A stretch of 63,808 nucleotides of DNA, the filler included. It is 6 parts of 6 records of this genome, joined end to end, with 100 filler letters (N's around TTAATTAATTAA, not from the genome) between each part and the next. Parts side by side here need not be neighbours in the genome. Positions count along the whole stretch, not along the records: positions 24,400 to 33,136 come from DRR723986_13274; positions 33,237 to 41,091 come from DRR723986_13275; 4 more parts are not named here. One strand, written 5' to 3'. Below the pieces are notes generated by a model that had not been told where the DNA came from, searched no databases, and saw only the letters and a program-made list of their open reading frames with translations. This document shows, in pieces, positions 27,964 through 39,226 of the stretch (the stretch's first letter is position 1; each line of letters starts with the position of its first letter). A program made the position numbers and the translations under genes.

Positions 27964-29127
27964 ATGCGCGCAGTTGGGAAATGGATCGGTCGGATTCTTG
28001 TTGCCCTTGTGCTGGCCGCTGTAGTGGTTGGTGTTTGGAAACGCGAAGAGATCCAACGGTTATGGGCGGTAAATTCGCTGTTTTCAGAAGAGAAGATCGT
28101 GAACAACTTTTCCCATATGGACGCGGCATTTCTGACCACAACCCTATCACGCGGAAACGGTCCAACCTCTGAATTGCCCTATGGTCCAGAGACCCAATTG
28201 CCCGCCGAGACGGCGCAGTGGATCGAAGACCGGGCCGTGACATCCCTGTTGGTTATGAAAGACGGTGCGATCCGGTATGAGGAGTATTTTCTCGGCACCG
28301 GTCCTGATGATCGCCGAATTTCCTGGTCCATCGCCAAAAGCTATCTTTCCGCCCTGTTCGGGGTCCTGATGGAGGAAGGCGCGATTGCGTCGTTGGACGA
28401 TCCGGTTGTCAAATATGCGCCTCTTCTAAAAGACAGCGCATATGAATCCGCAACGATCCGCAACGTGTTGAACATGGCAAGCGGTGTGACCTTTGACGAA
28501 GATTATCTGGACTATGATTCAGACATCAACCGCATGGGCCGCGTCGTTGCACTGGGCGGTGCCTTGGATGATTTCGCAGCGTCTATCACCGAGAGTTTCG
28601 CAACGCCCGGCGACACCTGGCAGTACGTCTCCATCGACACCCATGTGATCGGGATGGTTATTCGGGGCGCAACAGGGCGATCCGTGTCTGAACTGTTGGA
28701 GGAAAAGATCCTGCAACCTCTGGGGCTGGAACAGGACGGCTACTATGTGACTGACGGTGCGGGTGTTGCCTTTGTCTTGGGCGGGTTGAATTTCACCACG
28801 CGCGACTTTGCCCGCTTTGGTCAGATGATTTTGCAGAATGGGACCTATGGGGGCACGCGTATCGTGCCCGAGGCATGGATTGCGGAATCGACACAGGCAA
28901 GCGCCCCGACCAAACCCGGAAAGATCGGGTATGGATATCAATGGTGGATCCCTGTTGGCGCCCATAAAGGTGAGTTTCTGGGGCGTGGAGTCTATGGGCA
29001 ATATCTCTATTTTGATCAGCAGCGCAGCATTTTGATCACCACAACGGGTGCCGATCGCAAATTCCGGGACGAAGGTGTGAGCGAGGCCAATATCGAAATG
29101 TTCCGCCTGATCGCAAAAAACCTGTAA
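27964..29127 (+). CDS. Serine hydrolase, beta-lactamase class C/NylB-like
   Basis: SxxK (SIAK) motif, LNMASG, YGYQWW, GVYGQ; N-terminal membrane anchor. Confidence 0.88.
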   Translation: MRAVGKWIGRILVALVLAAVVVGVWKREEIQRLWAVNSLFSEEKIVNNFSHMDAAFLTTTLSRGNGPTSELPYGPETQLPAETAQWIEDRAVTSLLVMKDGAIRYEEYFLGTGPDDRRISWSIAKSYLSALFGVLMEEGAIASLDDPVVKYAPLLKDSAYESATIRNVLNMASGVTFDEDYLDYDSDINRMGRVVALGGALDDFAASITESFATPGDTWQYVSIDTHVIGMVIRGATGRSVSELLEEKILQPLGLEQDGYYVTDGAGVAFVLGGLNFTTRDFARFGQMILQNGTYGGTRIVPEAWIAESTQASAPTKPGKIGYGYQWWIPVGAHKGEFLGRGVYGQYLYFDQQRSILITTTGADRKFRDEGVSEANIEMFRLIAKNL

Positions 29128-29137
29128 GCTGAGTGGT

Positions 29138-29518
29138 ATGAAACCAGATCCAAGCATCAATGCAATCGGAGGGCCGCTGGCCCCCTGTTCGACCACCCCC
29201 CTGACCGGATTTTTTCGCGATGGTCATTGCAACACCTGCGCCCAAGATCAAGGCAGTCATACGGTTTGCGCCGTCATGACCGCCGAATTCTTGGCCTATT
29301 CCAAATACGTCGGAAATGACCTGAGCACACCGCGCCCCGAGTTCGGTTTTGCAGGGCTAAAGCCCGGCGACAAGTGGTGCCTGTGCGCAAGCCGTTTTCT
29401 GCAAGCCCACGATGAAGGCTGTGCCCCGCAGGTCGATCTGCAAGCGACACACCAGCGGGCGTTGGAAATCATATCCTTGCCGATATTGGCACAGCACGCG
29501 ATCACTGCGTCTGAGTGA
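29138..29518 (+). CDS. DUF2237-family protein
   Basis: PLTGFFRDGHC, GSHTVCA, GNDLSTP, WCLCA. Confidence 0.9.
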   Translation: MKPDPSINAIGGPLAPCSTTPLTGFFRDGHCNTCAQDQGSHTVCAVMTAEFLAYSKYVGNDLSTPRPEFGFAGLKPGDKWCLCASRFLQAHDEGCAPQVDLQATHQRALEIISLPILAQHAITASE

Positions 29519-29556
29519 GCCCCTGCCAGTGCTGGGCGTTGAGAGCGCTGAAACAG

Positions 29557-29590
29557 AAAAGACCAGCCCGATTTCTCTGGCTGGTCTTTT
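29557..29590. terminator. Bidirectional terminator between convergent genes
   Basis: AAAAGACCAGCC...GGCTGGTCTTTT. Confidence 0.85.
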
Positions 29591-29615
29591 GTTCGTCTTG
29601 GAAGTTCAGGCAGGT

Positions 29616-30863
29616 TTAGTCTGCCGCGCGCCCTTCGGTATCTGACATGTCAAAACCGAGGTGTTTGGCCACGGTAAAGATGTCCTTGTCCCCCCGGCCA
29701 CACATGTTCATGCAAATCAAGTGATCCGCTGGCAGCTCGGGTGCAATTTTCATCACATGCGCCAAGGCATGGCTGGGCTCGAGCGCCGGGATGATGCCTT
29801 CGGTCGAACAACACAGCTGGAACGCTTCCAACGCTTCTTTGTCCGTGATTGACACATATTGCGCCCGACCCACGTCATGCAGCCACGAATGTTCAGGGCC
29901 AATGCCGGGGTAATCCAGACCCGCAGAAATGGAATACCCTTCTAGGATCTGCCCATCGTCATCTTGCAACAAATAGGTTCGGTTGCCGTGCAACACGCCC
30001 GGACGACCACCCGTCAGCGATGCACAATGTTCCATCTTTTCATTCACGCCACGGCCACCGGCCTCGACCCCAATGATATTGACGTCTTTGTCATCTAGGA
30101 ACGGAAAGAACAGGCCCATCGCGTTTGACCCACCACCGATGGCGGCGATCAGAGTATCGGGCAGACGGTCTTCGGCGGCTTGCATCTGTTCTTTGGCTTC
30201 TTTGCCGATGATGGATTGGAAATCGCGGACCATCGCCGGATAAGGGTGCGGACCTGCAACGGTGCCGATGCAATAGAAGGTGTCGCGCACGTTGGTCACC
30301 CAATCACGCAGCGCATCGTTCATCGCATCCTTAAGCGTGCCACGTCCCGATGTCACCGGAATGACCTCGGCCCCCAGCAAGCGCATACGGAACACGTTGG
30401 GGGACTGACGTTGAACGTCGTGTGCCCCCATGTAAACCACGCATTTCAAACCGAATTTGGCGCAGACCGTCGCAGTTGCTACACCGTGCTGCCCTGCCCC
30501 GGTTTCAGCAATGATCCGGGTCTTGCCCATGCGGCGGGCCAGAATGATCTGCCCCAGAACGTTGTTGATTTTGTGCGCGCCGGTGTGGTTCAGCTCATCC
30601 CGTTTGAGATAAATTTTTGCCCCACCCAAATGCTCGGTCAGGCGTTCTGCAAAATACAACGGAGATGGGCGGCCAACGTAATTGGTCCACAGATCATCCA
30701 TCTCGGCCCAAAACGTTGGGTCGGTCTTGGCCTTCTCGTATTCCTCTTCCAATGACAGGATGAGAGGCATCAGAGTTTCGCTGACAAACCGTCCGCCAAA
30801 CTTACCAAATCGACCGCTTTCGTCGGGGCCGGACATGAAGGAATTGAAAAGATCGTGGTCCAT
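29616..30863 (-). CDS. trpB: Tryptophan synthase beta subunit
   Basis: [36 protein letters not shown]. Confidence 0.98.
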   Translation of the reverse strand: MDHDLFNSFMSGPDESGRFGKFGGRFVSETLMPLILSLEEEYEKAKTDPTFWAEMDDLWTNYVGRPSPLYFAERLTEHLGGAKIYLKRDELNHTGAHKINNVLGQIILARRMGKTRIIAETGAGQHGVATATVCAKFGLKCVVYMGAHDVQRQSPNVFRMRLLGAEVIPVTSGRGTLKDAMNDALRDWVTNVRDTFYCIGTVAGPHPYPAMVRDFQSIIGKEAKEQMQAAEDRLPDTLIAAIGGGSNAMGLFFPFLDDKDVNIIGVEAGGRGVNEKMEHCASLTGGRPGVLHGNRTYLLQDDDGQILEGYSISAGLDYPGIGPEHSWLHDVGRAQYVSITDKEALEAFQLCCSTEGIIPALEPSHALAHVMKIAPELPADHLICMNMCGRGDKDIFTVAKHLGFDMSDTEGRAAD

Positions 30864-31019
30864 AACAGTCTCCGTCGTCGTGCCAGATGTTCATAGGAGG
30901 TGAATGCGCAATTAGCCATGCCAAAACGCAGTAAGGGCTGGATAGAACGCCGTATTACGGCCAAGCAGCGGCAGATGTTTGTTTGCCTTGGGAACCGTGA
31001 ACGCAATCAAGCGCCCTGA

Positions 31020-31664
31020 TCACCGCGTCGCTGCAACAAATGCCTCGATCAGGTTTGCATCCTTGTGACCCGGCGCGCTTTCCACACCCGAGGAAACATC
31101 CACTTGCTGCGCCCCGGTCATCCGGACCCCTTCGGCCACGTTTTCGGGCGTTAAGCCTCCGGCTAACATCCAGGGGCATTGCCAGTATTTGCGCCCAGCG
31201 AGCAGCCGCCAATCAAAAGACAACCCGTTCCCCCCCGGAAGCACGGCTTCCTTTGGCGGCTTTGCATCGATCAGCAACTGATCTGCGACTTGGGAATACA
31301 CATCTATCTGCGCAAGGTCTGCCTGGTCTGCAACACCGATGGCTTTCATCACAGGCAAACCGTAACGGGCTTTGACCTCAGACACGCGTTCGGGGCTTTC
31401 CTTGCCATGCAATTGCAACATGTCGAGCGGGACAGAGGCCAAGATATGGTCCAGCTCCGCATCCGTTGCATTCACCGTCAGCGCAACCTTGGCAATTCCA
31501 AGCGGGACGTGGCCCGCCAGATCAGCCGCTTTGGGAACATCCAGATGACGAGGGGATTTAGGGAAAAACACAAAGCCCACATAGCGGGCCCCTGCTGTGG
31601 CAGCGGCCTGAACATGCTCTACCGCAGTCAGGCCGCAAATCTTAACGCTCACATCACCGGACAT
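31020..31664 (-). CDS. trpF: Phosphoribosylanthranilate isomerase
   Basis: [28 protein letters not shown]. Confidence 0.97.
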   Translation of the reverse strand: MSGDVSVKICGLTAVEHVQAAATAGARYVGFVFFPKSPRHLDVPKAADLAGHVPLGIAKVALTVNATDAELDHILASVPLDMLQLHGKESPERVSEVKARYGLPVMKAIGVADQADLAQIDVYSQVADQLLIDAKPPKEAVLPGGNGLSFDWRLLAGRKYWQCPWMLAGGLTPENVAEGVRMTGAQQVDVSSGVESAPGHKDANLIEAFVAATR

Positions 31665-31671
31665 GGCGGGC

Positions 31672-32025
31672 TCAGCTTGCCTCGTCCAGAATGGCCAGAA
31701 CTTCGTCTTTGCCTTCGTTCTTTTGCGCTTTCAGCTTACCAACTTCACGCTCCAGCTTGCGCACTTCACGTTTTTTGGTGCTGACATCTTTACGATGTTT
31801 ATGCTCGCGCAGCCATTCCCACAAAAAGCCAAGGATAAGCCCAACAACCACGCCCCCAAGGACAACTACAAACAGCGGGAGAGAAATCCCGTGGTTGAAG
31901 CCCAAAAGGTCAGCCAGATCATCCGGCATAAGTTTCAGTGTGACCATACCCCGGTTTGCCAGAGACACTGAGATCAATATGATCCCCAGTGAACCCAGGA
32001 CCGCGTAGCGAATGTAGCGCATCAT
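31672..32025 (-). CDS. lapA: LapA-family (DUF1049) membrane protein
   Basis: Two TM helices plus basic coiled coil; conserved position downstream of ihfB. Confidence 0.75.
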   Translation of the reverse strand: MMRYIRYAVLGSLGIILISVSLANRGMVTLKLMPDDLADLLGFNHGISLPLFVVVLGGVVVGLILGFLWEWLREHKHRKDVSTKKREVRKLEREVGKLKAQKNEGKDEVLAILDEAS

Positions 32026-32026
32026 G

Positions 32027-32308
32027 TTACTTTCCGTTCAATCGATCTCGTAGCAATTTACCGGTCTTAAAGAACGGCACATGCTTCTCTTCGACATGCA
32101 CTGTTTCGCCGGTTCTTGGATTGCGACCAATCCGCGCGTCTCGCTGTTTGACCGAAAATGCGCCGAAGCCACGCAGTTCAACCCGGTCGCCGCGCGCCAT
32201 AGCATCTGTGACTTCTTCGAACACAGTATTCACGATCCGTTCAACGTCGCGCTGATAGAGATGTGGGTTTTCGTCTGCGATTTTCTGGATCAGTTCAGAA
32301 CGGATCAT
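32027..32308 (-). CDS. ihfB: Integration host factor beta
   Basis: MIRSELI...[10 protein letters not shown]...GRNPRTGE...FKTGKLLR. Confidence 0.97.
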   Translation of the reverse strand: MIRSELIQKIADENPHLYQRDVERIVNTVFEEVTDAMARGDRVELRGFGAFSVKQRDARIGRNPRTGETVHVEEKHVPFFKTGKLLRDRLNGK

Positions 32309-32739
32309 GTGCTGTTCCCCTCCCAAGGCAACAAGGTGACAGTGTGCTATTGGTCTGAGAGTATAGGAAAAAATTGGGAATGGGGGAAACTAATCCGGCC
32401 TAAATATCCAGATTAATTTCATTTTCACCCCTTTACGTCCCCTCAATCAGCCCCTGCCGGCCGATCCCACACCTCTGACGGCGCCTTGCAAAACATTGAT
32501 TCGTCCGTGGTCGGGCATAATTCCCCGCTGCAGACAGCGCTGCACTGCACCGTTTTTCCTGCCCAAACCGCGCAACCTTCTCGGGTCGCGTGCCAGATGC
32601 CACGCTGAATTGCCCTCTACCTCGGCCACAAATCCCACCTGCAGGGCGCCTTTGGCGCCCTGCCCGGCCCAACAGGTCCTGGGTGCATTTCAATGCACCC
32701 AGGATTGGCGGGAGCCCTCATCAAACGATCCCTGAAACG

Positions 32740-32772
32740 AAAAAGGCCCCGCAACTTGCGTTGCGGGGCCTT
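32740..32772 (-). terminator. Rho-independent terminator of rpsA
   Basis: AAGGCCCCGCAAC-TTGC-GTTGCGGGGCCTT with an A-run on the left (U-run on minus strand). Confidence 0.9.
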
Positions 32773-32793
32773 CGAATTCAGTTGGAGTAAGGC

Positions 32794-33136
32794 TTAGTCG
32801 CCAGACTTCAGTGCCGCGCCAAGGATATCACCCAGCGATGCGCCGGAGTCCGAGGAGCCATACTGTTCCACTGCTTCTTTTTCTTCCGCGATTTCGCGTG
32901 CTTTGACCGACAGACCCAGACGACGTGTCTTGCTGTCGACGTTGGTGACGCGAACGTCGACCTTGTCGCCAACATTGAAACGCTCAGGGCGCTGCTCGGC
33001 ACGGTCACGGGACAGATCAGAGCGACGGATGAAGGATTTCATGCCTTCATAAACCACTTCGATGCCGCCTTCTTCGATGGCAGTCACTTCAACAGTTACG
33101 ATCGAACCGCGCTTCACGCCGCCAACCGCTTCTGCG
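32794..33136 (-). CDS. rpsA: 30S ribosomal protein S1, C-terminal fragment
   Basis: FIRRSDLSRDR, LGLSVKA, YGSSDSGASLGDILGAAL; upstream of ihfB. Confidence 0.95.
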
Positions 33137-33236
33137 NNNNNNNNNNNNNNNNNNNNNNNNNNNNNNNNNNNNNNNNNNNNTTAATTAATTAANNNNNNNN
33201 NNNNNNNNNNNNNNNNNNNNNNNNNNNNNNNNNNNN
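33137..33236. other. Artificial contig spacer
   Basis: N-run with TTAATTAATTAA. Confidence 0.99.
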
Positions 33237-33237
33237 G

Positions 33238-33396
33238 CCTGCCGGTCCGGATCAGGAGGAGCTGGCACCCAGTATGGGGGAGCTGACCGATTTTCACCGG
33301 GATGTGCTGAGTGATTCGGGCATGACATCACCGCCAGAATCCGAGTCTGACGAATTCAACGACCAGGGCCGGGACGATGACGTCACGCCTGGCTGA
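33238..33396 (+). CDS. fliH: 3' end of the upstream gene, probably flagellar assembly protein FliH
   Basis: Open frame from the contig edge to TGA at 33394-33396, overlapping the fliI start; call rests on gene order only. Confidence 0.55.
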   Translation, partial: PAGPDQEELAPSMGELTDFHRDVLSDSGMTSPPESESDEFNDQGRDDDVTPG

Positions 33397-34768
33397 ACGG
33401 TTACGGCAGCTTCAGGGGGCCATCAGCGACGAGCCGGCGCCAGAATTGTCTGGACGGCTTACGCGCATGGTGGGTCTCACGCTGGAGTGCGTGGGTTGCC
33501 CGATGGTGGTGGGGGACCGTTGTCTGATTCAGGGTGATAGCGCCACCAGTGTTGAAGCGGAAGTGGTGGGGTTTGAGGAAGATAAGGTTTACCTGATGCC
33601 GCTGACCGCCATCGAAGGTCTCAAGCCCGGAGCCCGGGTGATTCCTCTGGCCTCGGCCAGCAGGGTGCCGGTGGGCCCGCAAATGCTGGGGCGAGTGGTC
33701 AATGGTGCCGGCGACCCGCTGGACGGCAAGGGACCGTTGCAGGCAGAGGCCAGAGTGCAGCTGACCGGAGACATCATCAACCCATTGAACCGGGCTCCGG
33801 TGCGTCAGTCCATGGATGTGGGAATCCGTGCAATTAACGCGTTGCTGACCGTGGGGCAGGGCCAGCGTCTCGGCCTGTTTGCCGGCAGTGGCGTCGGTAA
33901 AAGTATGCTGCTGGGAATGATGACCCGGTTCACGGATGCTGACATTACCGTGGTCGGGTTGATTGGTGAGCGCGGGCGGGAGGTCAAGGAATTCATCGAG
34001 GATATTCTCGGCGATGAAGGCCTGGCGCGTTCCGTGGTTGTAGCCGCCCCGGCAGATGATTCGCCGCTGATGCGCCTGCGCGCTGCCATGCTCACCACCC
34101 GAATTGCCGAATATTACCGCGATCAGGGCAAGCGCGTTCTTCTTTTAATGGATTCTCTCACCCGCTATGCCCAGGCACAGCGGGAGATCGCCCTGGCCGT
34201 TGGCGAACCACCGGCGACCAAGGGTTATCCGCCCTCGGTTTTTGCCAAGCTGCCGCAACTGGTTGAGCGAACAGGTAACGGCCGTCCCGGCGGCGGTTCC
34301 ATTACTGCATTTTATACCGTTCTGACGGAAGGCGACGATCAGCAGGATCCCATTGCCGACGCAGCCAGGGCCATCCTTGATGGTCACATCGTCTTATCCC
34401 GGCGGCTGGCGGAAGAAGGCCATTATCCGGCGATTGATGTGGAAGCCTCTATCAGCCGGGTAATGCCCCAGGTGACTGATTCTGAGCATTTCTCCCGGGC
34501 CCAGAGATTCAAGCAGGTTTACTCCCGTTACCAGCAGGCCCGTGATCTGATCAGTGTGGGTGCCTATGTGAAAGGTTCCGACCCGGAGACTGACTTTGCC
34601 ATTCAGCACATAGGCAATATGAGCCAGTTTCTGCAGCAGGGGCTGAATGAAAGCGCTCCCCTCACGGAGGCGATTGAGCAACTGATGGCGGTAGTGCCGG
34701 AACGACGTTCACCGGAACGAAGAAAGACGGCGGTGCCGAACCCCGCCGGCAATCGGGATAATGTCTGA
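33377..34768 (+). CDS. fliI: Flagellar export ATPase
   Basis: [11 protein letters not shown] Walker [23 protein letters not shown]. Confidence 0.97.
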   Translation: MTSRLAERLRQLQGAISDEPAPELSGRLTRMVGLTLECVGCPMVVGDRCLIQGDSATSVEAEVVGFEEDKVYLMPLTAIEGLKPGARVIPLASASRVPVGPQMLGRVVNGAGDPLDGKGPLQAEARVQLTGDIINPLNRAPVRQSMDVGIRAINALLTVGQGQRLGLFAGSGVGKSMLLGMMTRFTDADITVVGLIGERGREVKEFIEDILGDEGLARSVVVAAPADDSPLMRLRAAMLTTRIAEYYRDQGKRVLLLMDSLTRYAQAQREIALAVGEPPATKGYPPSVFAKLPQLVERTGNGRPGGGSITAFYTVLTEGDDQQDPIADAARAILDGHIVLSRRLAEEGHYPAIDVEASISRVMPQVTDSEHFSRAQRFKQVYSRYQQARDLISVGAYVKGSDPETDFAIQHIGNMSQFLQQGLNESAPLTEAIEQLMAVVPERRSPERRKTAVPNPAGNRDNV

Positions 34769-35211
34769 TGCTGCGATCGAAACGGCTTGAAGTTGTCCTC
34801 TCCCTTGAAGAGCGGAAAGAACAGGAAGCGTTGGAACGCCTTGGTGAGGCCCGTAAGCAGGTGGAGGCGCACCGCGAACAGGTGGAGAACCTGGAACGCT
34901 ATCAGCAGGAGTATCGTGACCAGATCCGCGCGAGCCAGCAGGGTGTTGTTCCTGTGGCGCGGCTGCAGGCCTGGCAGGCTTTTATCGCCCAGCTGGACCA
35001 GGTGATTGCCCAGCAACAGCGGCAGCTGCAACAGGCGGAACAGGTGTTTGAAGCCAGGCGCCGGGAGTGGCAACAGGCCTGGGAACGTCGCCGTGGTATG
35101 GAAAAATACATTGAGTCCTGTCGGCAACAGGAACAGCGGGAACAGGATCTCAGAGACCAGAAACTGGCGGACGAAGCTGCCGGTCGGGCCTTTGCCCGGC
35201 GACAGCGATAA
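34768..35211 (+). CDS. fliJ: Flagellar export protein FliJ
   Basis: Coiled coil with FIAQLD and DQKLADE, directly after fliI. Confidence 0.92.
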   Translation: MLRSKRLEVVLSLEERKEQEALERLGEARKQVEAHREQVENLERYQQEYRDQIRASQQGVVPVARLQAWQAFIAQLDQVIAQQQRQLQQAEQVFEARRREWQQAWERRRGMEKYIESCRQQEQREQDLRDQKLADEAAGRAFARRQR

Positions 35212-35348
35212 TTGAAGTCGCCGGTGATCTGCATCAGATAACCCGGATGCAATTTCCGTTTATTTGACTATCCTTTACCAGATAAGCTTGCCATCAATGG
35301 CTGGCAGCGAAGGAAAGTCATTGGTGGAATGTGCCGGGAGGTTCAGGA

Positions 35349-35654
35349 ATGCCTATAGAGACACGCCGGAGCGATGACGGCAAGACCCTCACGATCTGCG
35401 TGGAGGGTCGGTTCGATTTCAGTACCCATCAATCCTTTCGGGATGCCTACGAGCACAGCGAACCCACCGTCAGCCACTACGTCATTGATCTTTCAGACAC
35501 CACTTACCTCGACAGCTCTGCTCTGGGCATGTTGCTTCTGTTAAGGGATCATGCTGGCGGAGATGGCGCCCGCATCTCAATCGAGAACTGCAACAGCGAT
35601 GTCCGGCGAATTCTCTCCATTTCCAACTTCGAGCAGTTGTTCAGCATTCGCTGA
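35349..35654 (+). CDS. hsbA: STAS anti-anti-sigma factor (HsbA-like)
   Basis: GRFDFS, YLDSSALGMLL phospho-Ser motif; Pseudomonas-like gene order. Confidence 0.85.
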   Translation: MPIETRRSDDGKTLTICVEGRFDFSTHQSFRDAYEHSEPTVSHYVIDLSDTTYLDSSALGMLLLLRDHAGGDGARISIENCNSDVRRILSISNFEQLFSIR

Positions 35655-35664
35655 GGCGATTCCC

Positions 35665-37389
35665 TTGAAGGTACTTCTTGCCGAGGACAGTGCCAGCGAC
35701 AGGTTGATTCTGGCGCGGCTGGTAAAGCGCCTGGGCCATACCGTGATTGAAGCCGAAGACGGTACCGAGGCGGTGGATCTGTTCCGGGAGACCCAGCCGG
35801 ATCTGGTGTTGCTGGACGCCCTGATGCCGCGGATGGACGGAATGGAGGCCGCTCGTCAAATCAAGGCTCTGGCAGGCGAGCGCCTGGTGCCGCTCATCTT
35901 TCTCACCTCCCTGTCCGGGGCGGGTGATCTGGCCCGGTGTCTTGAGGCCGGCGGCGACGACTTTCTCGTCAAACCCTACAATCGCGTGATTCTGGAAGCG
36001 AAGATTAACGCGTTTAATCGTATGAGAGGGTTGCACCAGGCATTGTCGGACCAGCGTGACCATATTCGGCGCCAGAATCAGCAGATGCTGGACGAGCAGC
36101 GCACGGCGCGGCGGGTGTTTGATAACATTGCCCATACCGGTTGTCTGGATGCACCCAACATCCGCCACCATGCATCCCCCCTCTCGGTTTTCAACGGTGA
36201 TGTATTGTTTGCTGCTCAGCGCCCCGGGGGCGGCACTCTGGTGTTTCTGGGTGATTTCACCGGGCACGGATTACCTGCCGCCATTGGCGCCATGCCGGTT
36301 GCTGAAATCTTCTACGGGATGGCGGCCAAAGGCTTTGGCGCCCCGGATGTCCTCCGGGAAATTAACCGCAAGCTTCGGCGAATACTGCCGGTAGGAATGT
36401 TCTGTTGTGGTTTGATGGTTGAGGCTGACTTCAAACACAACAGCCTGCGTGTCTGGAATGGTGGCTTGCCGGATGGCTGGCTGTTGCGTGCCGGAGGCGA
36501 CCGTGTCGCCGTTCCGTCCCGGCATCTGCCGCTGGGTGTCCAGGAGCCGGACCAGTTTTCGGCCTCCATGACCGTGCTGGATGCGGCACCGGGCGACTGG
36601 TTGGTGATGATGACCGACGGGCTCCCCGAGGCGCCCAATAGTGGGGGTGAAAGCCTGGGCGAGGAAGGTGTCCTGAGCGTGCTGGCGGGTCTGGAAGCAG
36701 GGCAGGAGCCGTTCGAGGCTCTGCTGGCGCGAATGCAGCAGCATACCGGTAAGCCAGAGCTGGCTGATGACCTGACGCTCTGCTGCCTGCAAATGGTCCG
36801 GGCGGAGACGCCAGAGGCAATGCCCGACAAGATTCCTGAATCGGCGTTGACGGGCCCGGCGGACTGGCGCTGCGTCTATGAGCTGAGGGAACAGACTCTG
36901 GCAGACTTCAACCCTCTGCCGCTTTTACTGCATATCTGTATGGAGGTGCCCGGACTGAGGAGCCGAAGCGGCGAGGTCTACACCCTGTTGTCGGAACTCT
37001 ACAACAATGCTCTTGAGCACGGTGTTCTGGCCCTGTCCTCAGAGTGGAAAACGTCACCTGGCGGTTTCAGCCGCTATTACCAGGAGCGAACGCGCAGACT
37101 GGGGAACACCGATGGGCATTTCATACGGTTTTCTCTTGAGCATCAGCCCAGGGAGGGTGGAGGTACCCTTACCGTTGTCTGTGAAGACAGTGGTGATGGT
37201 TTTGATTTCACTGAATATTCTGACACAGTGATGCAACAGCAGGCGGCTTCAACCGGCCGATACGCGGGCCGGGGACTTGAGATCCTCCGGCGTATGACGC
37301 GAAATCTCAAGGTTCACGGCCGGGGCAATCGCGTGGAAATCGTCTATGATTGGTGGTTCCCCGACGCGGCCATAATCAGTGGCGCCTGA
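35665..37389 (+). CDS. hsbR: REC-PP2C-kinase partner-switch regulator (HsbR-like)
   Basis: REC (LAED, LLDALMP), SpoIIE (GDFTGHG, TDG, DDLT), HATPase (NALEHG, DSGDGF, GRGL); probable TTG start after GAGG. Confidence 0.85.
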   Translation: MKVLLAEDSASDRLILARLVKRLGHTVIEAEDGTEAVDLFRETQPDLVLLDALMPRMDGMEAARQIKALAGERLVPLIFLTSLSGAGDLARCLEAGGDDFLVKPYNRVILEAKINAFNRMRGLHQALSDQRDHIRRQNQQMLDEQRTARRVFDNIAHTGCLDAPNIRHHASPLSVFNGDVLFAAQRPGGGTLVFLGDFTGHGLPAAIGAMPVAEIFYGMAAKGFGAPDVLREINRKLRRILPVGMFCCGLMVEADFKHNSLRVWNGGLPDGWLLRAGGDRVAVPSRHLPLGVQEPDQFSASMTVLDAAPGDWLVMMTDGLPEAPNSGGESLGEEGVLSVLAGLEAGQEPFEALLARMQQHTGKPELADDLTLCCLQMVRAETPEAMPDKIPESALTGPADWRCVYELREQTLADFNPLPLLLHICMEVPGLRSRSGEVYTLLSELYNNALEHGVLALSSEWKTSPGGFSRYYQERTRRLGNTDGHFIRFSLEHQPREGGGTLTVVCEDSGDGFDFTEYSDTVMQQQAASTGRYAGRGLEILRRMTRNLKVHGRGNRVEIVYDWWFPDAAIISGA

Positions 37390-37412
37390 GTGCCGACAAA
37401 CGAGGATAGCGA

Positions 37413-37763
37413 ATGAACGACAAACCCCATCTTGACGTGGAGGCGCTGGCCGAACTGCAGGATGTGATGGAAGACGAGTTTGATGTCCTGATCCAGACCT
37501 ACCTGGCAGACTCCCGTTCACGCATTGACGGCCTGAAAGAGGCGCTGGCAACGGCCGACCCGGAGCACTTCGCCAAGACCGCGCACAGCTTCAAGGGCAG
37601 TTGCATCAATATCGGTGCTCCCAGGCTCGGAGGCCTGTGTTTTGAGGCCGAGCAACTGGGCAAGGACGCCACTCTGGAACAGGCCCCTGCAGTGCTTGAA
37701 CGGATTGAGGCCGAGTTTTCGGAGGTGGCTAGACGTTTGCAAAACTTTGGCCAGGAGGCCTGA
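37413..37763 (+). CDS. hptB: Hpt phosphotransfer protein (HptB-like)
   Basis: AHSFKGSCINIGA Hpt motif. Confidence 0.85.
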   Translation: MNDKPHLDVEALAELQDVMEDEFDVLIQTYLADSRSRIDGLKEALATADPEHFAKTAHSFKGSCINIGAPRLGGLCFEAEQLGKDATLEQAPAVLERIEAEFSEVARRLQNFGQEA

Positions 37764-37784
37764 ACGTCAGCCCGTGTGAAGGTT

Positions 37785-37800
37785 TGGCACCGCTTTTGCA
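37785..37800 (+). promoter_or_regulatory. Sigma-54 promoter upstream of fliK
   Basis: TGGCAC-CGCTT-TTGCA, exact -24/-12 consensus. Confidence 0.88.
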
Positions 37801-37860
37801 GCCCTCAGGAAAACGCTCCGAACAGGGGCTACCTGAGATCTAAAGCGGCAAGAGGTTGCC

Positions 37861-39045
37861 ATGCAACAGACCATACTTCCCCAGGCACCGGCGAAAACGA
37901 GTCAGCCAGAGGTCGGTGTAGCGAAATCGCAAGGCCGGAAGGACCCGGAGGCCGGTGACAGTCGTTTTGACGAGCTGTCCAGGGCCGAGCAGAAGCGGAT
38001 GGATGCCAAGCGCGCCGAACGTCGGGATCAGGCTGATGCCGCGCAGGAACGCAAGGCGGCCGACCGGGCCGATGAGAAAGCCGAAGCCTCCGGTACCCGG
38101 CCAGAAAAAAATGATACGCCCACTGACCAAAAGCAGGTAACGGACTCCGATTCACCGGCCCGTCCTTCCTCGGTCAGTGACACCAGCAATACCGGCGATA
38201 CTGAGGCAGACGATGCCCTGGTCGTTGCCGAACCGCTGATGCCCCTGACATTCGCCAATCTTCAGTCGCTGTATCCTGCAGCCGCCAACCAATCCGGTAC
38301 GGGCGGACCTGAGAGCCTGGCATCAAATATGGCGCTCACAGGAACTCAGGCCACTCCCGGACTGATCAAGGGCCTGCCGGGGCAAACATCTGCCGGGGGA
38401 GGCAGCACCGCTCTGGCTCCGGGCATGCAGCTAACCGACCTGCTTGCCGGTGCGACAAGCGCTGAGAGCGCCCGTCCCGTTGATCCGACCAGTCTGCTCT
38501 CCAATCCCAGATTCCAGAGTGTAATGGATACCGCAGCGCAGCAGGCAGCACAGCCCGGAAAACTGGCTGCGGACGCCAACATTCCGCTCCGGGGCTACAC
38601 CACCTCGGTGGATGTGCCGGTTGGACAGGCGGAGTGGGGCGACAAGGTCATGGGCAAGCTCAGTTGGCTGACCGCCCGCAATATGTCGGTTGCCGAAATA
38701 CACCTCACGCCTCCGGATATGGGGCCAATGGAAGTCAAGGTAAAAGTCCACAACGATCAGGCCAGCGTCACCGTGCATGCGGCCAACCCGGTGGTGAGGG
38801 AGCAGCTCGAACAGCACTCCCACCGGCTCCGCGACATGCTGGGTGAACAGGGGTTGTCCCTGGGGCAGTTTGATGTCTCTGACCAGGGCGGTCAGCAGGC
38901 CGGTGGCGAGAGTGGTGAGGCCGGTGAGGGCGATGGTCGGTCTTCTGGTGGATCATCCCTGGCCAGCCACGATGCTGATGCAGAGTCGTTGAGCACCGGC
39001 CAGCTTGATCTGGGCTGGCGGGGTGAAGTGGACGTCTTTGCCTAA
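37861..39045 (+). CDS. fliK: Flagellar hook-length control protein
   Basis: Low-complexity N-terminus; IHLTPPDMGPMEVKV C-terminal domain; ends VDVFA. Confidence 0.92.
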   Translation: MQQTILPQAPAKTSQPEVGVAKSQGRKDPEAGDSRFDELSRAEQKRMDAKRAERRDQADAAQERKAADRADEKAEASGTRPEKNDTPTDQKQVTDSDSPARPSSVSDTSNTGDTEADDALVVAEPLMPLTFANLQSLYPAAANQSGTGGPESLASNMALTGTQATPGLIKGLPGQTSAGGGSTALAPGMQLTDLLAGATSAESARPVDPTSLLSNPRFQSVMDTAAQQAAQPGKLAADANIPLRGYTTSVDVPVGQAEWGDKVMGKLSWLTARNMSVAEIHLTPPDMGPMEVKVKVHNDQASVTVHAANPVVREQLEQHSHRLRDMLGEQGLSLGQFDVSDQGGQQAGGESGEAGEGDGRSSGGSSLASHDADAESLSTGQLDLGWRGEVDVFA

Positions 39046-39149
39046 GTCCGGATGATTTCTGACCAATTCAGCCTGCTGTCTTCCGACTTCTTTGCCCATC
39101 CCCTCCGGCAACGCTAAACTGCGGTTCTGAATACAGGGGGTGGGCTGTC

Positions 39150-39165
39150 TGGCCCGGCCTTTGCA
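39150..39165 (+). promoter_or_regulatory. Sigma-54 promoter upstream of fliL
   Basis: TGGCCC-GGCCT-TTGCA. Confidence 0.8.
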
Positions 39166-39226
39166 TCACATCAGCGAAAGGTTGTTCGGAGCTTTCCGGA
39201 CGCCAAAAAAGTGACAAGCGAGTGTT

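Noticed and set aside
32330-32735. About 400-bp rpsA-ihfB gap with small ORFs
   Set aside because: No convincing RBS, motif or RNA structure beyond the rpsA terminator.
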